A stretch of 64,000 nt of DNA from an uncultured Gammaproteobacteria bacterium (GCA_963729605.1 CAVSNY010000002.1:320001-384000), one strand, 5' to 3'. Shown: positions 21,083-35,126, counted from the stretch's first letter. Numbers and translations: made by a program. Notes: generated by a model from the sequence alone, not told the origin.

Positions 21083-21976
21083 ATGAGTGAAGAACGCACA
21101 AGTAACGGCGCATCGCCGCGTTCCTGGTTTGAACGTTTGAGTCTCGCCCTGCTGGGCGAACCCAAAGACCGCGAGCAGCTGGTGGCCTTGTTACGCGACG
21201 CCCAGCAGCGCGCGCTGCTCGACTCCGATGCCTTGGCGATGATCGAGGGCGTGTTGCAGGTGTCGGAGATGCAGGTGCGCGACATCATGGTGCCCCGCGC
21301 GCAGATGGTGATCGTCGAACGCGACGCCTCGCTCAAGGAAATCCTGCCGCTGGTCACCGAGTCGGCGCATTCGCGTTTCCCGGTCATCGGCGACAGCCGC
21401 GACGAAGTGGTGGGCATTTTCCTGGCCAAGGATTTGCTCGGCTACTTCGGGCCGGAGGGCGAACAGCGTTTCAATGTGCGCGACATCCTGCGTCCCGTCG
21501 TGTTCATCCCCGAAAGCAAGCGCCTCAACGTCCTGTTGAAGGAATTCCGCGCCAATCGCAACCACATGGCCATCGTGGTGGACGAATACGGCGGGGTGGC
21601 CGGCCTGGTGACCATCGAGGACGTGCTGGAGCAGATCGTCGGTGAGATCGTCGATGAACACGACATCGAAGAAGACACCTACATCAAACGCCACAACGAC
21701 AACGTCTTCGCCGTGAAGGCGCTCACGCCGGTCGAGGAATTCAACGAGTATTTCAAGAGCGACTTCAGCGACGAGGAATTCGACACCATCGGCGGCTTGG
21801 TGATGCATCGCTTCGGCCGCCTGCCGCGCCGCGGCGAAGTCATCAATCTCGACCGGTTTCGTTTCAAAGTGCTGAGCGCCGACAACCGCCGCATCCATCT
21901 GCTGCAAGTGACAGAGCGCCGCGCGCCCGGCACGCCGGGGACTGTGCCCGCGCAATCGGAATCTTCCGAACTTTAA
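21083..21976 (+). CDS. corC: CBS-domain Mg/Co homeostasis protein CorC
   Basis: HSRFPV, VVDEYGGVAGLVTIEDVLE and FDTIGGLV; sits between ybeY and lnt. Confidence 0.92.
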   Translation: MSEERTSNGASPRSWFERLSLALLGEPKDREQLVALLRDAQQRALLDSDALAMIEGVLQVSEMQVRDIMVPRAQMVIVERDASLKEILPLVTESAHSRFPVIGDSRDEVVGIFLAKDLLGYFGPEGEQRFNVRDILRPVVFIPESKRLNVLLKEFRANRNHMAIVVDEYGGVAGLVTIEDVLEQIVGEIVDEHDIEEDTYIKRHNDNVFAVKALTPVEEFNEYFKSDFSDEEFDTIGGLVMHRFGRLPRRGEVINLDRFRFKVLSADNRRIHLLQVTERRAPGTPGTVPAQSESSEL

Positions 21977-22391
21977 ATTCAGCCTTGCGCGGTGGATGCG
22001 AGTTCCTCAGGCCGGATGCGGAGAATAATCCCCTCCTCCCGCAAGGATGCTGGCAGGGTCGGGGTGGGAGTAGAAGCAGACCGCCTCTTGCACTCTGCCT
22101 CCCGTTTCTTTCGCGGCGGAATGTAGGCGGTTATGAGTTTCTCCGGATATGAAACACGCAAACGCCGTGATTATTAATTCAGCCACACCGCGCCTCTCTC
22201 CTTCGCGGCTGATGAAAATGCAGCGAGGAGATATTATCAGCGGGGACGAGTCGATTTAATGAAAATATGTCTTCGACGTACTTCGCCGCTGCCTACGGAG
22301 AAGAGAGATTTCAATCAGCGTTACATTGTCGCCGGAGCTATGCTCGCCGGGTCCATCGTCATCACCAGTTTGCCTTGAAAGTGCGCCGCCC

Positions 22392-23942
22392 ATGAACGCT
22401 GTCACGCCCTCGCCCGGCCGGGGAATCGCCACGCTGTTGCACGCAGGATGGCGGGGTCATCTCCTCGCCCTGCTGGCGGGGGCGTTATTGCCCTTGGCCT
22501 TCGCGCCCTTCGATTTCATCTTCTTGGCGGTGTTGGCGCCCGCGTTGTTATTCGCCCTGTGGTTACAGGTCTCGCCAGGTCAGGCCTTCGCGCGCGGTTA
22601 TCTGTTCGGCGTGGGGATGTTCGGCGTCGGTGTCAGCTGGGTGTTCGTCAGTATGTACGAAAACGGCGGTGTCGGCTTGGCGATGTCGCTGTTCCTCACC
22701 GGCTTTTTCGTGCTGTTTTTGTCGCTGTTTCCCGCGCTGCTGGGCTACGGGCTCGGCCGGTTTTTGCCGTGGCGGCATCCCGCCGCGCAGCGGCTCAAAT
22801 TGCTGCTGTTGTTTCCCGCGGCCTGGGTCTTGTGGGAATGGGTGCGCGGCTGGTTCTTCACCGGCTTTCCGTGGCTGGTGCTGGGTTACAGTCAAATCGA
22901 CGGGCCGCTCGCCGGCGTCGCGCCGTTGCTGGGGGTATACGGCGTGTCGCTCGCCGCGGCCTTGAGCGCGGGGTGGCTGGTGTTGCTGCTGCGCGAGGGC
23001 CGGGTCTGGCGGGGTGTCGCCGCGGTGGGTTTATTGATGGTGTGGGGGGGCGCCGCGGCGCTCAATAATATGTCGTGGGTGCAGCCCATCGGCCAGCCGC
23101 TCAAGGTCACCTTGTTGCAGGGCAATATCCCGCAGGACATGAAATGGCTGTGGGATTTGCGCGATCCGACCCTCGAGCTGTACACCAATCTCACCCGCGC
23201 GAGCTGGGGCAGCGATCTGATCGTCTGGCCGGAGACGGCGGTGCCGGCGCTGTACGACGAGGTCGAGGATTTTTTCGACGGGCTCGCCGCCGAAGCCGAC
23301 CAGCACGGCAGCGCCTTGTTGATCGGCGTGATCTATCAAGAGCCCAATGAAGGGCCGTATTACAACAGCGTGGTCAGCGTGGGCGGCGCGACGCCGCGGC
23401 AGTTTTATCACAAGCGCCATCTCGTGCCCTTCACCGAATATCTGCCGTTGGAAAATGTGTTGGGCGGTTTGGTGAGGTTCATGCAAGTGCCCATGTCGGA
23501 TTTCAGTAAAGGCGAGAGCGCCGCGCCTTTGCGCGTGGCCGGCCAGCGCGTCGGAATTTCCATTTGCTACGAAGACGCCTTCGGCGAGGAAACCATCGAG
23601 GCCTTGCCCGAGGCGACCTTGCTGGTGAACGTGACCAACGATGCGTGGTTCGGCGACTCGATCGCCCCGCCGCAGCACTTGCAGATGGCGCGCATGCGCG
23701 CCCTGGAAGCGGGCCGGCCTTTATTGCGCGCCACCAACACCGGCCTGACCGCGGTGATGGACGAGCGCGGCCGTATGTCGTCGCAGGCGCCGCAGTTTGA
23801 GGTCTATGCCCTGCACGACACCGTGCAGCCCATGCAGGGCCTCACCCCCTACGGGCGTTTCGGCAATGCGCCGGTCGTGACGGCGGTGGTGATCTTCCTG
23901 ATTGGAGGCGGGCTCGTGGCGCGGCGGGTGAGAGAAATCTAA
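22392..23942 (+). CDS. lnt: Apolipoprotein N-acyltransferase
   Basis: TGFPW, QGNIPQ, WPETA, KRHLVPF, ICYED and NDAWFG. Start approximate. Confidence 0.95.
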   Translation: MNAVTPSPGRGIATLLHAGWRGHLLALLAGALLPLAFAPFDFIFLAVLAPALLFALWLQVSPGQAFARGYLFGVGMFGVGVSWVFVSMYENGGVGLAMSLFLTGFFVLFLSLFPALLGYGLGRFLPWRHPAAQRLKLLLLFPAAWVLWEWVRGWFFTGFPWLVLGYSQIDGPLAGVAPLLGVYGVSLAAALSAGWLVLLLREGRVWRGVAAVGLLMVWGGAAALNNMSWVQPIGQPLKVTLLQGNIPQDMKWLWDLRDPTLELYTNLTRASWGSDLIVWPETAVPALYDEVEDFFDGLAAEADQHGSALLIGVIYQEPNEGPYYNSVVSVGGATPRQFYHKRHLVPFTEYLPLENVLGGLVRFMQVPMSDFSKGESAAPLRVAGQRVGISICYEDAFGEETIEALPEATLLVNVTNDAWFGDSIAPPQHLQMARMRALEAGRPLLRATNTGLTAVMDERGRMSSQAPQFEVYALHDTVQPMQGLTPYGRFGNAPVVTAVVIFLIGGGLVARRVREI

Positions 23943-24032
23943 CATATGGAGAGGGCTCCGCCGTGGCGCGGCGCTCTCTCTTCTTCGCATCCATGCCGCG
24001 CCACCTCGCGTGGTGTCGTAGCCTAGAACCTT

Positions 24033-24070
24033 CCCTCACCCCAACCCCTCTCCCACGAGGGGAGAGGGGT
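24033..24070. repeat. CCCTCTCCC/GGGAGAGGG palindromic repeat
   Basis: CCCTCACCCCA followed by ACCCCTCTCCC-ACGAG-GGGAGAGGGGT (perfect 11-bp stem). Confidence 0.7.
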
Positions 24071-24221
24071 AAAAATAATTGCACGGCCGTTACCACGGCG
24101 TCGTTACCACGGCGGGAGAGGGAAGGGCGATTTGAGATAGATTCTAGTCATGCCCTGTGGCGGGGCTGTTATAACTTTCCCATGATGCGCGACCGGCACG
24201 GCGCGTCTGCATGCGGCGTAA

Positions 24222-24770
24222 TTACATGCCGTGCCCCTCGTCACCCACCTGTCGTCCTTTGCGCACGAACCGCGACTCGTGACACTTGGGGCAGGGCGGG
24301 ATATGGCCGGTGCTGTGGAAGTGCAATAGTTCGCCGCAGTTCAGGCATTGCAGGCTGCCGACGGTGGTGATCTCGCCGCTGCGGTATTCGGTGGCGCGCT
24401 GGGCGTGTTGCGCCCATTGCAGCAAGGCCAGTTTGGTTTGGTCGGCGGCGGCGGTGAACATCTCCAGCAAACGGTCTTCGATCAGTTCCATGTCGAAGTG
24501 AAACCAGTCTTTGAATTCGTTGCCGGTCTCCGCCAGGTACTCGCCGGCGTCTTCCAGATCGCGGCGCAGGTAGGCGCCGATCAGTTCCGCCTCGTCGCGG
24601 GTCAGCTCGCCGAGTTCCACCGCGGTCTCCTTGGCCTTGTCGATGCTGGTCTTGAGCATGGGCACGGTCTTGTGCCCGGTCTGTTCCAGCAGGTCTTTGA
24701 CCCGTTCCATCATCCGGTTGTAGCCGTAGAGCAATTTTTCGCTTTGGCTGAGATGGGGGCGTGGCGTCAT
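24222..24770 (-). CDS. Zinc-ribbon-containing protein (DUF1451-like)
   Basis: YRSGE..G.LQC.NCG...IPPCPKC; divergent from leuS. Confidence 0.8.
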   Translation of the reverse strand: MTPRPHLSQSEKLLYGYNRMMERVKDLLEQTGHKTVPMLKTSIDKAKETAVELGELTRDEAELIGAYLRRDLEDAGEYLAETGNEFKDWFHFDMELIEDRLLEMFTAAADQTKLALLQWAQHAQRATEYRSGEITTVGSLQCLNCGELLHFHSTGHIPPCPKCHESRFVRKGRQVGDEGHGM

Positions 24771-24926
24771 GGCGGCTCTTCCTATTGCGTGATAGGCCTG
24801 AGGCTAGTGTGGCCCAAATTCGGTCGGGTTTGAAGACGGCGCGGCGCGTTGGCGGGAACGGCGGCATGCAGCGTCCGACGCGAAGCGGTTTGGCGCGGCG
24901 ACGGTTGAAAGGCAAATTGGCCATGA

Positions 24927-27758
<2,832 letters not shown>

Positions 27759-27812
27759 TGGCCAGCAGAGGGAAATAGTAACCCGGCAATGAAATACATC
27801 GGGACAGCATGT

Positions 27813-27847
27813 CCCCTCTCCCGGCGGGAGAGGGCCAGGGAGAGGGG
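27813..27847. repeat. CCCTCTCCC/GGGAGAGGG palindromic repeat (opposite orientation to 24033)
   Basis: CCCCTCTCCCGGCGGGAGAGGGCCAGGGAGAGGGG. Confidence 0.7.
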
Positions 27848-27910
27848 AAGTCGATTCCGCTCACCCGAGTTTGATAACGGAAACAGTCAGTGATAATCGC
27901 ACCGCCAACA

Positions 27911-28417
27911 ATGACCGCTCCGCGACGGCCGGGCCTTTGCTTGCTGTTTGCCGCTTGTTTGTCCCTCTTGTCAGGCTGCGGTTTTCATCTGCGCGGCAGC
28001 GACCAAGGCGGCGCGCCGTTGCCGCCCATCGTCATCGCCGGCGAAGCGGGCGGTTTGCAGGGCGAGTTGCGCGCGCGGGTCCGCGCGGCGAGCGGCGACG
28101 TGGTGGCGACGGCCGCCGAGGCGCAGTGGGTGGTGCGGGTATTGAGTGAACGCAGCGAACGCCGGGTGCTGTCGGTAGGTTCCACCGGCAAAGTAGAAGA
28201 ATACGAAATTTATTACGCCGCCGATTTCACCATCGAAGACACCCAGGGCCAGGTCCGCGTCGGCCCCGAGACCTTGAGCCAGGTACGCAGCTACGGTTTC
28301 AGCGAAAGCGAAGTGCTGGGCAAAGACGCCGAACAGGAAACCCTGGTGAAAGACATGCGCCGCGAAGCCGCCTGGCAGATCGTGCAGCGCTTGCGTTCCT
28401 TGACCTCGCCGCCATGA
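27911..28417 (+). CDS. lptE: LPS assembly lipoprotein LptE
   Basis: Lipobox LSGC-GFHLRG; position between leuS and holA. Confidence 0.9.
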   Translation: MTAPRRPGLCLLFAACLSLLSGCGFHLRGSDQGGAPLPPIVIAGEAGGLQGELRARVRAASGDVVATAAEAQWVVRVLSERSERRVLSVGSTGKVEEYEIYYAADFTIEDTQGQVRVGPETLSQVRSYGFSESEVLGKDAEQETLVKDMRREAAWQIVQRLRSLTSPP

Positions 28418-29454
28418 AGCTGCGTCCCGACCAGCTCGCCGCCCATCTCAACAAAGGCCTCGCGCCGCTGTACCTGGTCACCGGCGATGAACCGCTGCTG
28501 GTGGCCGAGTCCTGCGACGCCATCCGCGCGAAGGCCCGCGCCGCCGGATGCAGCGAACGCCTGGTGTTCAACGTGGAGAGCGGCTTCGATTGGAGCGGTC
28601 TGCTGGAGGCGCGCGATAACCTGTCGCTGTTCGCCGAACAACGTTTGATCGAATTGCGCCTGCCCGGCGGCAAACCCGGCGACGCCGGTTCCAAAGTATT
28701 GATGGAATATGTCTCCCGTCTGCCGCAAGGCGATGTGCTGCTGGTGATCAGCGGCAAACTCGACAAAGACAGTCAACGCACCAAGTGGTTCGGCGCCCTC
28801 GAACAGGCCGGCGTGGTGATACAAATCTGGCCGGTGGAGAGCGGCGCGCTGCCGGGTTGGATCACTGCGCGGATGCGCGCCAAAGGATTGCAGCCCAGCA
28901 CGGAAGCGGCGGCGCTGCTCGCCGAACGTGTCGAAGGCAACCTGCTGGCCTGCGCGCAGGAGATCGAAAAACTCGCCTTGCTGCACGGCAGCGGTCCGGT
29001 GGCGGTGGATGAGGTGGCCGCGGCGGTGGCCGACAGCGCGCGCTACAGCGTCTACGACTTGGCCGACCGCGCCCTCGCCGGCGACGCGGCCGCCTGCGTG
29101 CGGGTGTTGCACGGCTTGCGCGGCGAAGGCGAAGAGCCGGTCTTGATATTGTGGGCGCTCACCCGCGAGATCCGCACCTTGACGCAAATGCGCGCCGCGC
29201 TCGCCCAGGGCCAAGCCGCCGACCGCGTGTTCGCCGACTTCAAAATATGGGACAAGCGCCAACCGCTAGTGCGCGCCGCGTTGAAGCGCCATCCGCTTGC
29301 CGCATGTCAGGCCCTGTTGAGTCAGGCCGGCAACATGGATCGCCTGATCAAAGGCGCGGCGGCGGGCCATGTGTGGGATGAATTGTTGCAGTTGACCTTG
29401 GCGCTGGCGGGGGTGGACGTGATCAAGCGGGGTGGGGCGCAAGCCGCGGGGTGA
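28414..29454 (+). CDS. holA: DNA polymerase III delta subunit
   Basis: YLVTGDEPLL, SLFAE.RLIEL and EGNLLACAQEIEKL. Confidence 0.95.
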   Translation: MKLRPDQLAAHLNKGLAPLYLVTGDEPLLVAESCDAIRAKARAAGCSERLVFNVESGFDWSGLLEARDNLSLFAEQRLIELRLPGGKPGDAGSKVLMEYVSRLPQGDVLLVISGKLDKDSQRTKWFGALEQAGVVIQIWPVESGALPGWITARMRAKGLQPSTEAAALLAERVEGNLLACAQEIEKLALLHGSGPVAVDEVAAAVADSARYSVYDLADRALAGDAAACVRVLHGLRGEGEEPVLILWALTREIRTLTQMRAALAQGQAADRVFADFKIWDKRQPLVRAALKRHPLAACQALLSQAGNMDRLIKGAAAGHVWDELLQLTLALAGVDVIKRGGAQAAG

Positions 29455-29611
29455 GAGTCTTGCCAGCGAGACGGCCGATATAACATGGCTGGCGCGGCTC
29501 AACCTACATCGACCTGACAGTGTTCAACGACGCCTTGGGAATTTGCCCGCCGCCTCGATTTGGTAATACACTCGCGACGCGAATCGCCGTCTATTCCCAG
29601 TAGTTTTTTCC

Positions 29612-31375
29612 ATGCCCAATACGCCGCCTGATCATCAGATCGTCAGCCTGCCTCAGGCCCTTCCTTTCATCGTGTGGCGCGTCGATCGGCGGCTCATCTT
29701 GAAGGACTACCAAGGTGAGGCTTCCCTGTTGCCCATCCCCGCGGGCGAGGCGCTGGGACAATCGCTGGAGGCGTTTTGTCCCGATGCGTTATTGCAGGTC
29801 CACTATCAGGCCTTGCGCGGCGTCGTGGCCAGTTATGAACAAAGCCTCGCCGGCCGCACTTATCTGATTACGGTGTCGCCGGAGTATGACGCCCGGCGCC
29901 AGATCGTCGGCGGCAAGGCGGTGGCCCTGGACGTCAGCGCCTATAAGGCGGCCGAACATACGGCGGCGGTGTTGCGGAGCCAGGCGGAATCCATACTGCA
30001 CGCCGCCGGTGAAGGTATTTACGGGCTCAATCTCGACGGCAAGGCGAGCTTCGTCAATCCGGCGGCGGAACGCATGACCGGCTGGAGCGCGGAGGAGACC
30101 ATCGGCAAGACCATTCATTATTTGCATCATCACAGCCACGAAGACGGCACGCCCTATCCTCACGAGGAATGTCCGATCTACGCGGCCATCAAAGACGGCG
30201 AGGTGCACCACGTGGAGGACGAGGTGTTCTGGCGCAAGGATGGCGGCTGTTTTCCGGTGGAGTACACCAGCACGCCGATTTACAACCAGGGCAAGCTCGC
30301 CGGCGCGGTGGTGGTGTTCAAGGACACCAGCGAACGCAAGAAGGCCCAGCGCGAATTGTTGACCGCCTTCGAGGAAGTGGCCCGCCTCAAGGAGCAGTTG
30401 CAGGAACAGAACACCTATTTGCAGGAAGAATTGCGCGAGGATAAAAACTTCGGCCAGATTATCGGCACCTCCGCCGCGGTGCGCACCATGCTGAAAAAGG
30501 TCGAGCAGGTGGCCAATACCAATGTCACCGTGTTGATCCTCGGCGAAAGCGGCACCGGCAAGGAGCTGATCGCCCGCGCCGTGCATGACCACAGCGGCCG
30601 GGGCAACATGCCGCTGGTCAAGGTCAATTGCGGCGCCATTTCCGCCGGGCTGGTGGAGAGCGAATTATTCGGCCATGAGAAAGGCGCGTTCACCGGCGCC
30701 CATGAGCGGCGCAAGGGCCGCTTCGAACTGGCCGACGGCGGCACCTTGTTGCTCGACGAGGTGGGAGAACTGCCGCTCGAGACCCAAGTGAAGCTGCTGC
30801 GGGTCTTGCAGGAGCAGGAGTTCGAACGCATCGGCAGCAGCACCTCGATCAAGGTGGACGTGCGCATCATCGCCGCGACCAACCGCGACCTGGCGCAGCG
30901 GGTGGCCGAGGGGACGTTCCGCCGCGATCTGTTTTACCGCCTCAACGTCTTTCCCATCGACGTGCCGCCGCTGCGTGAGCGGGAAGGCGACATCCCGCTG
31001 CTGGCCCGCCATTTCCTCGAGCGGGCGGCCCGTAAATTCGGCAAGCCGCTGCGGGATTTCACCGGCGACAGTCTGGCGGCCTTGCAGCGCTATTCCTGGC
31101 CGGGCAATATCCGCGAGCTGCAAAACGTGATCGAGCGCGCCGCCATCCTCGCGACCGGCAACGGTGTGGACGTGAGCGGCCTGCTGCCCAAGCTCAATCC
31201 GCCGGCCAGCGGCGCCAGCCTGCCCACCCTCGACGACGTGGAGCGCGCCCACATTCAACGGGTGCTGGAGCACACCTCGGGGGTGATCGCCGGACCCAAA
31301 GGCGCCGCCATGATCCTGGGCATGCACCCCAACACCCTCCGCTCGCGGATGGTCAAGCTGGGCATCACCGGCTGA
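29612..31375 (+). CDS. PAS-domain sigma54-dependent transcriptional activator
   Basis: PAS domain, [31 protein letters not shown] and a C-terminal HTH. Confidence 0.92.
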   Translation: MPNTPPDHQIVSLPQALPFIVWRVDRRLILKDYQGEASLLPIPAGEALGQSLEAFCPDALLQVHYQALRGVVASYEQSLAGRTYLITVSPEYDARRQIVGGKAVALDVSAYKAAEHTAAVLRSQAESILHAAGEGIYGLNLDGKASFVNPAAERMTGWSAEETIGKTIHYLHHHSHEDGTPYPHEECPIYAAIKDGEVHHVEDEVFWRKDGGCFPVEYTSTPIYNQGKLAGAVVVFKDTSERKKAQRELLTAFEEVARLKEQLQEQNTYLQEELREDKNFGQIIGTSAAVRTMLKKVEQVANTNVTVLILGESGTGKELIARAVHDHSGRGNMPLVKVNCGAISAGLVESELFGHEKGAFTGAHERRKGRFELADGGTLLLDEVGELPLETQVKLLRVLQEQEFERIGSSTSIKVDVRIIAATNRDLAQRVAEGTFRRDLFYRLNVFPIDVPPLREREGDIPLLARHFLERAARKFGKPLRDFTGDSLAALQRYSWPGNIRELQNVIERAAILATGNGVDVSGLLPKLNPPASGASLPTLDDVERAHIQRVLEHTSGVIAGPKGAAMILGMHPNTLRSRMVKLGITG

Positions 31376-31566
31376 GCGCGGGCGGAATCCCGTATATAAA
31401 ACGAAACGCGGGGATGCCCGCGGGCCGGGTTGAGCGCGCCGGGCCGGGTCATGTCCATCGGCCGGCCGGTAGGGTAAGCTATCCGGGCGTGGAGGGGTGT
31501 GGTTTCGCCCGCTCTTGGCCCTCAAAGTGGGCCGGTCGTTTTATATTTTGTAGAGTTGAATCGCTT

Positions 31567-32826
31567 ATGTCCGAGATCAAATCCTATATGCGGCAGGTGG
31601 GCCAGCGGGCCCGCGCGGCCTCGCGCGCCGTGGCCCGCGCCGACACCGCGGCGAAAAACGCCGCGCTGCTGGCGATGGCCGATCTCATCGACGCGGGCGG
31701 CGCCGAACTGGTCGTCGCCAATGAAGCGGATCTCGCGGCCGCCCGTGCGAGCGGCCTGGATGCGGCCCTGCTCGACCGCCTCACCCTCAACGCCAAAGGC
31801 GTGGCCGCGATGGCCGAAGGCCTGCGCCAGATCGCCGCGCTGTCCGATCCGGTCGGCACCATCACCGAGATGAGTTATCGCCCGTCCGGCATCCAGGTCG
31901 GCAAGATGCGCGTGCCGCTCGGTGTGATCGGCATCATCTACGAGGCGCGGCCCAACGTCACCGCCGACGCGGCCGGGCTCTGTCTCAAGTCGGGCAACGC
32001 CGCCATACTGCGCGGCGGTTCCGAGGCCCTGCGTTCCAACCAGGCCATCGCCGCCTGCGTGCGCGGCGGTTTGGAAAAGGCCGGGCTGCCGCTGGACGCG
32101 GTGCAGGTGATCGAGACCACCGACCGCGCGGCGGTGGGTGAACTCATCACCATGAAAGACTTCGTGGACGTCATCGTGCCGCGCGGCGGCAAGGGCCTGA
32201 TCGAGCGAGTCAGCGCCGAGGCGCGGGTGCCGGTGATCAAACACCTCGACGGCGTCTGCCATGTCTACATCGATGATAAGGCCGATCTCGACAAGGCGAT
32301 TGCGATCGCCTACAACGCCAAGACCCAGCGTTACGGCACCTGCAACACCATGGAGGCGCTGCTGGTGGCGGAAGGCATCGCCGCGCGAGTCTTGCCGCGC
32401 CTGGGCCGGATGTATCTGGAAAAAGGCGTCGAGCTGCGCGGCTGTCCGCGCAGCCGCGATTTGATACCGGATATCAAAGCCGCGGCTGATGATGACTGGG
32501 GCACGGAATTTCTCGCGCCCATCCTCGCGGTGCGGGTGGTGGCGGATTTGGACGCGGCGCTCGCCCACATCGAACGCCACGGTTCGCGGCACACCGACGC
32601 CATCGTCACCGAGGATTATTCGCGCGCGCGGCGTTTCCTGCGCGAAGTGGATTCCAGTTCGGTGATGGTCAATGCCTCGACCCGTTTCGCCGACGGGTTC
32701 GAATACGGCCTCGGCGCCGAGATCGGCATCAGCACCGACAAGATACACGTGCGCGGCCCGGTCGGATTGGAAGGTCTCACCAGCCAGAAATACGTGGTGC
32801 TGGGTGACGGGCATGTCAGGAAGTAA
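31567..32826 (+). CDS. proA: Gamma-glutamyl phosphate reductase
   Basis: [21 protein letters not shown] and [22 protein letters not shown]. Confidence 0.97.
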   Translation: MSEIKSYMRQVGQRARAASRAVARADTAAKNAALLAMADLIDAGGAELVVANEADLAAARASGLDAALLDRLTLNAKGVAAMAEGLRQIAALSDPVGTITEMSYRPSGIQVGKMRVPLGVIGIIYEARPNVTADAAGLCLKSGNAAILRGGSEALRSNQAIAACVRGGLEKAGLPLDAVQVIETTDRAAVGELITMKDFVDVIVPRGGKGLIERVSAEARVPVIKHLDGVCHVYIDDKADLDKAIAIAYNAKTQRYGTCNTMEALLVAEGIAARVLPRLGRMYLEKGVELRGCPRSRDLIPDIKAAADDDWGTEFLAPILAVRVVADLDAALAHIERHGSRHTDAIVTEDYSRARRFLREVDSSSVMVNASTRFADGFEYGLGAEIGISTDKIHVRGPVGLEGLTSQKYVVLGDGHVRK

Positions 32827-32891
32827 CAGCAAGATTCGAGTGGCAAGGTTGCCTGCATGACCGATCCCCGCTTTCCTTGCCGCTTGCGCCC

Positions 32892-33521
32892 ATGATCGGC
32901 ATTCTCGGCGGCACTTTCGATCCCATCCACTTCGGTCATCTGCGTCCGGCGCTGGAGTTGCAAGAGATGCTGGGCCTCGAGCAGTTGCGCGTGATTCCCT
33001 GCGGGACCCCGCCCCATCGCGACCCGCCGCGCGCCGGCGGCGCGCAGCGCCTGGCCATGTTGCGGCTGGCGCTGGCCGGTCAGCCGGGCCTGGTCATCGA
33101 CCCGCGCGAGCTGCAACGGCCGGGGCCTTCGTATATGGTGGACACGCTGATCTCGCTGCGGGAGGAATTGGGCGGCGTGCCGCTGGCGCTGATCATCGGC
33201 ATGGACGCCTTTCACGGCCTGGAGCGTTGGCATCGCTGGCGCGAATTGGTGGACCTCTGCCACTTGATCGTCGTCCATCGTCCCGGCTGGTTGGCGCCCG
33301 TCGAGGGTGAACTGGCGGCCCTGCTGGCGGCCCGCCAAGTGGGCGACGTGGCGGCGTTGCGCGGCCGGCCCGCCGGCGGTGTAGGGTTTTGCGCGGTGAC
33401 GCAGCTGGATATCTCGGCGTCGCGGATCCGCGAATTGGTGCGCGTGGGCCGCAGCCCGCGCTTTTTATTGCCCGATCCGGTGTTGGATTACATCACTACG
33501 ACGGGCCTGTATCGAGATTGA
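32892..33521 (+). CDS. nadD: Nicotinate-nucleotide adenylyltransferase
   Basis: GGTFDPIHFGH and ISASRIR. Confidence 0.95.
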   Translation: MIGILGGTFDPIHFGHLRPALELQEMLGLEQLRVIPCGTPPHRDPPRAGGAQRLAMLRLALAGQPGLVIDPRELQRPGPSYMVDTLISLREELGGVPLALIIGMDAFHGLERWHRWRELVDLCHLIVVHRPGWLAPVEGELAALLAARQVGDVAALRGRPAGGVGFCAVTQLDISASRIRELVRVGRSPRFLLPDPVLDYITTTGLYRD

Positions 33522-33524
33522 CGA

Positions 33525-33890
33525 ATGACCAATGACAAAATGACCACCGATCAAATCCGCGACCTGGCGCTGGCCGCCTTGGACGACCTCAAGGCCAAGG
33601 ACGTGCAGGTGCTGGACGTGCGCAAGCTCACCAGCATCACCGATTACATGATCGTCGCCAGCGGCACCTCCAGCCGCCACGTGAAGGCCATCGCCGACAA
33701 CGTGGCGCTCAAGGCCAAGGCCGCCGGCCACCCGCCGCTCAGCGTGGAAGGCGAACGCGAGGCCGAATGGATCTTGGTGGATTTGTTCGACGTGGTGGTG
33801 CACGTCATGCTGCCGGACACCCGCGCGTTTTACCAATTGGAAAAACTCTGGGAGTTCGACGCGGCGCAGGAACGCAAAACGCGGGCTTGA
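33525..33890 (+). CDS. rsfS: Ribosome silencing factor
   Basis: DLKA.D, SGTSSRHV, WILVDL.DVVVHV and FYQLEKLW. Confidence 0.95.
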   Translation: MTNDKMTTDQIRDLALAALDDLKAKDVQVLDVRKLTSITDYMIVASGTSSRHVKAIADNVALKAKAAGHPPLSVEGEREAEWILVDLFDVVVHVMLPDTRAFYQLEKLWEFDAAQERKTRA

Positions 33891-33909
33891 TCCGCGCGCG
33901 AGGCCGCCG

Positions 33910-34380
33910 GTGCGCATTCATCTCATCGCCGTGGGCAACCGCATGCCGGAGTGGGTCAACACCGCTTACGGCGAATTCGCCGGCCGCCTGCCCCCCGAAT
34001 CCCGCCTGCATTTGATCGAGATCGCGCCCGGCCGCCGCGGCAAGGGCGCCGACTTGGCGCGGGCCATCGCGGAAGAAGGCGAACGTATGCTCGCCGCCCT
34101 CCCCAAAAACGCCTATGTCATCGCCCTCGACGTCAAAGGCAAAGGCTGGTCCACCGAAACCTTGGCGCAACAGTTCGCCGCCTGGCAGCAAGACGGCCGC
34201 GACGTGGCGCTGCTGGTGGGCGGGCCCGACGGCCTGGCCGATGCATGCCGGACCCGCGCCGATCTGGCGTGGTCGCTGTCGCCGCTGACCTTGCCGCACA
34301 TGCTGGTGCGCATCGTGGTCGCCGAGCAGTTGTACCGGGCGTGGAGCCTGTTGCATGGTCACCCTTATCACCGCGCTTGA
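33910..34380 (+). CDS. rlmH: 23S rRNA m3-pseudouridine1915 methyltransferase
   Basis: GGPDG, SLS.LTLPH and EQLYRA...HPYHR. Confidence 0.96.
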   Translation: MRIHLIAVGNRMPEWVNTAYGEFAGRLPPESRLHLIEIAPGRRGKGADLARAIAEEGERMLAALPKNAYVIALDVKGKGWSTETLAQQFAAWQQDGRDVALLVGGPDGLADACRTRADLAWSLSPLTLPHMLVRIVVAEQLYRAWSLLHGHPYHRA

Positions 34381-34401
34381 AGCTAAAAACCACCGATGCC
34401 A

Positions 34402-34518
34402 ATCACGGAGATCACGGAGAATCGCGCCGTTGCGGCATCGGGCGGGTTCACCTGCCCGGTGGCTTCGGCCGGGACGCGCCGCCGGATTTTCCTCCGTGAA
34501 CCCCGTGCCCTCCGTGGT
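34402..34518. repeat. Inverted arrays of a 9-bp unit (CACGGAG / CTCCGTG)
   Basis: ATCACGGAG x2 (34402-34419) and CTCCGTGAA-CCCCGTGCC-CTCCGTGGT (34492-34518). Confidence 0.6.
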
Positions 34519-34544
34519 CCATCGTTTTTTTTCGGGTTGAACCG

Positions 34545-35126
34545 ATGACCGGCGCCGCGCCTTTTATTTATTTGGCCTCGACGTCGCCGCGCCGCCGCGA
34601 ACTGCTCGAGCAAATCGGCGTGGCTTATCGGGTGATCGGCGCGGCGGTGGACGAAACGCCGCGCGATGGCGAAGCGCCGGAGGTATACGTGTTGCGGATG
34701 GCCTTGGAGAAGGCCCGCGCCGGCCGGGCACGGGCGCCCGACAAAACCCGCGCCGTGCTCGGCGCCGACACCGCGGTGGTGATCGGCGGCGCGGTGCTGG
34801 GCAAGCCGCGCGATCGCGCCGACGGCATCGCGATGTTGCGCCGGCTTTCCGGTGTGACTCATCATGTATACACCGGAGTGGCCTTGGTGGACGGCGAGCG
34901 CGAGGCCAGCCGCCTGAGCGTGAGCGCGGTGAGTTTCCGCGCGATACCCGAACACGAATGCGTGGCCTATTGGGACGGCGGCGAACCGGCCGACAAGGCC
35001 GGCGGGTATGCGATCCAAGGCCGCGGCGCCGTGTTCGTCTCCCGCCTGGAAGGAAGTTATTCCGGGGTGATGGGCTTGCCCTTGTTCGAAACCGCCGAAT
35101 TGCTGCATGAATTCGGCCTGTTTTAG
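34545..35126 (+). CDS. maf: Maf-family nucleoside triphosphate pyrophosphatase
   Basis: [22 protein letters not shown] and [10 protein letters not shown]. Confidence 0.93.
   Translation: MTGAAPFIYLASTSPRRRELLEQIGVAYRVIGAAVDETPRDGEAPEVYVLRMALEKARAGRARAPDKTRAVLGADTAVVIGGAVLGKPRDRADGIAMLRRLSGVTHHVYTGVALVDGEREASRLSVSAVSFRAIPEHECVAYWDGGEPADKAGGYAIQGRGAVFVSRLEGSYSGVMGLPLFETAELLHEFGLF

Noticed and set aside
21976-22184. 9-bp direct repeat AATTCAGCC, 200 bp apart, as a possible target duplication
   Set aside because: No terminal inverted repeats or coding remnant between the copies; compatible with chance.
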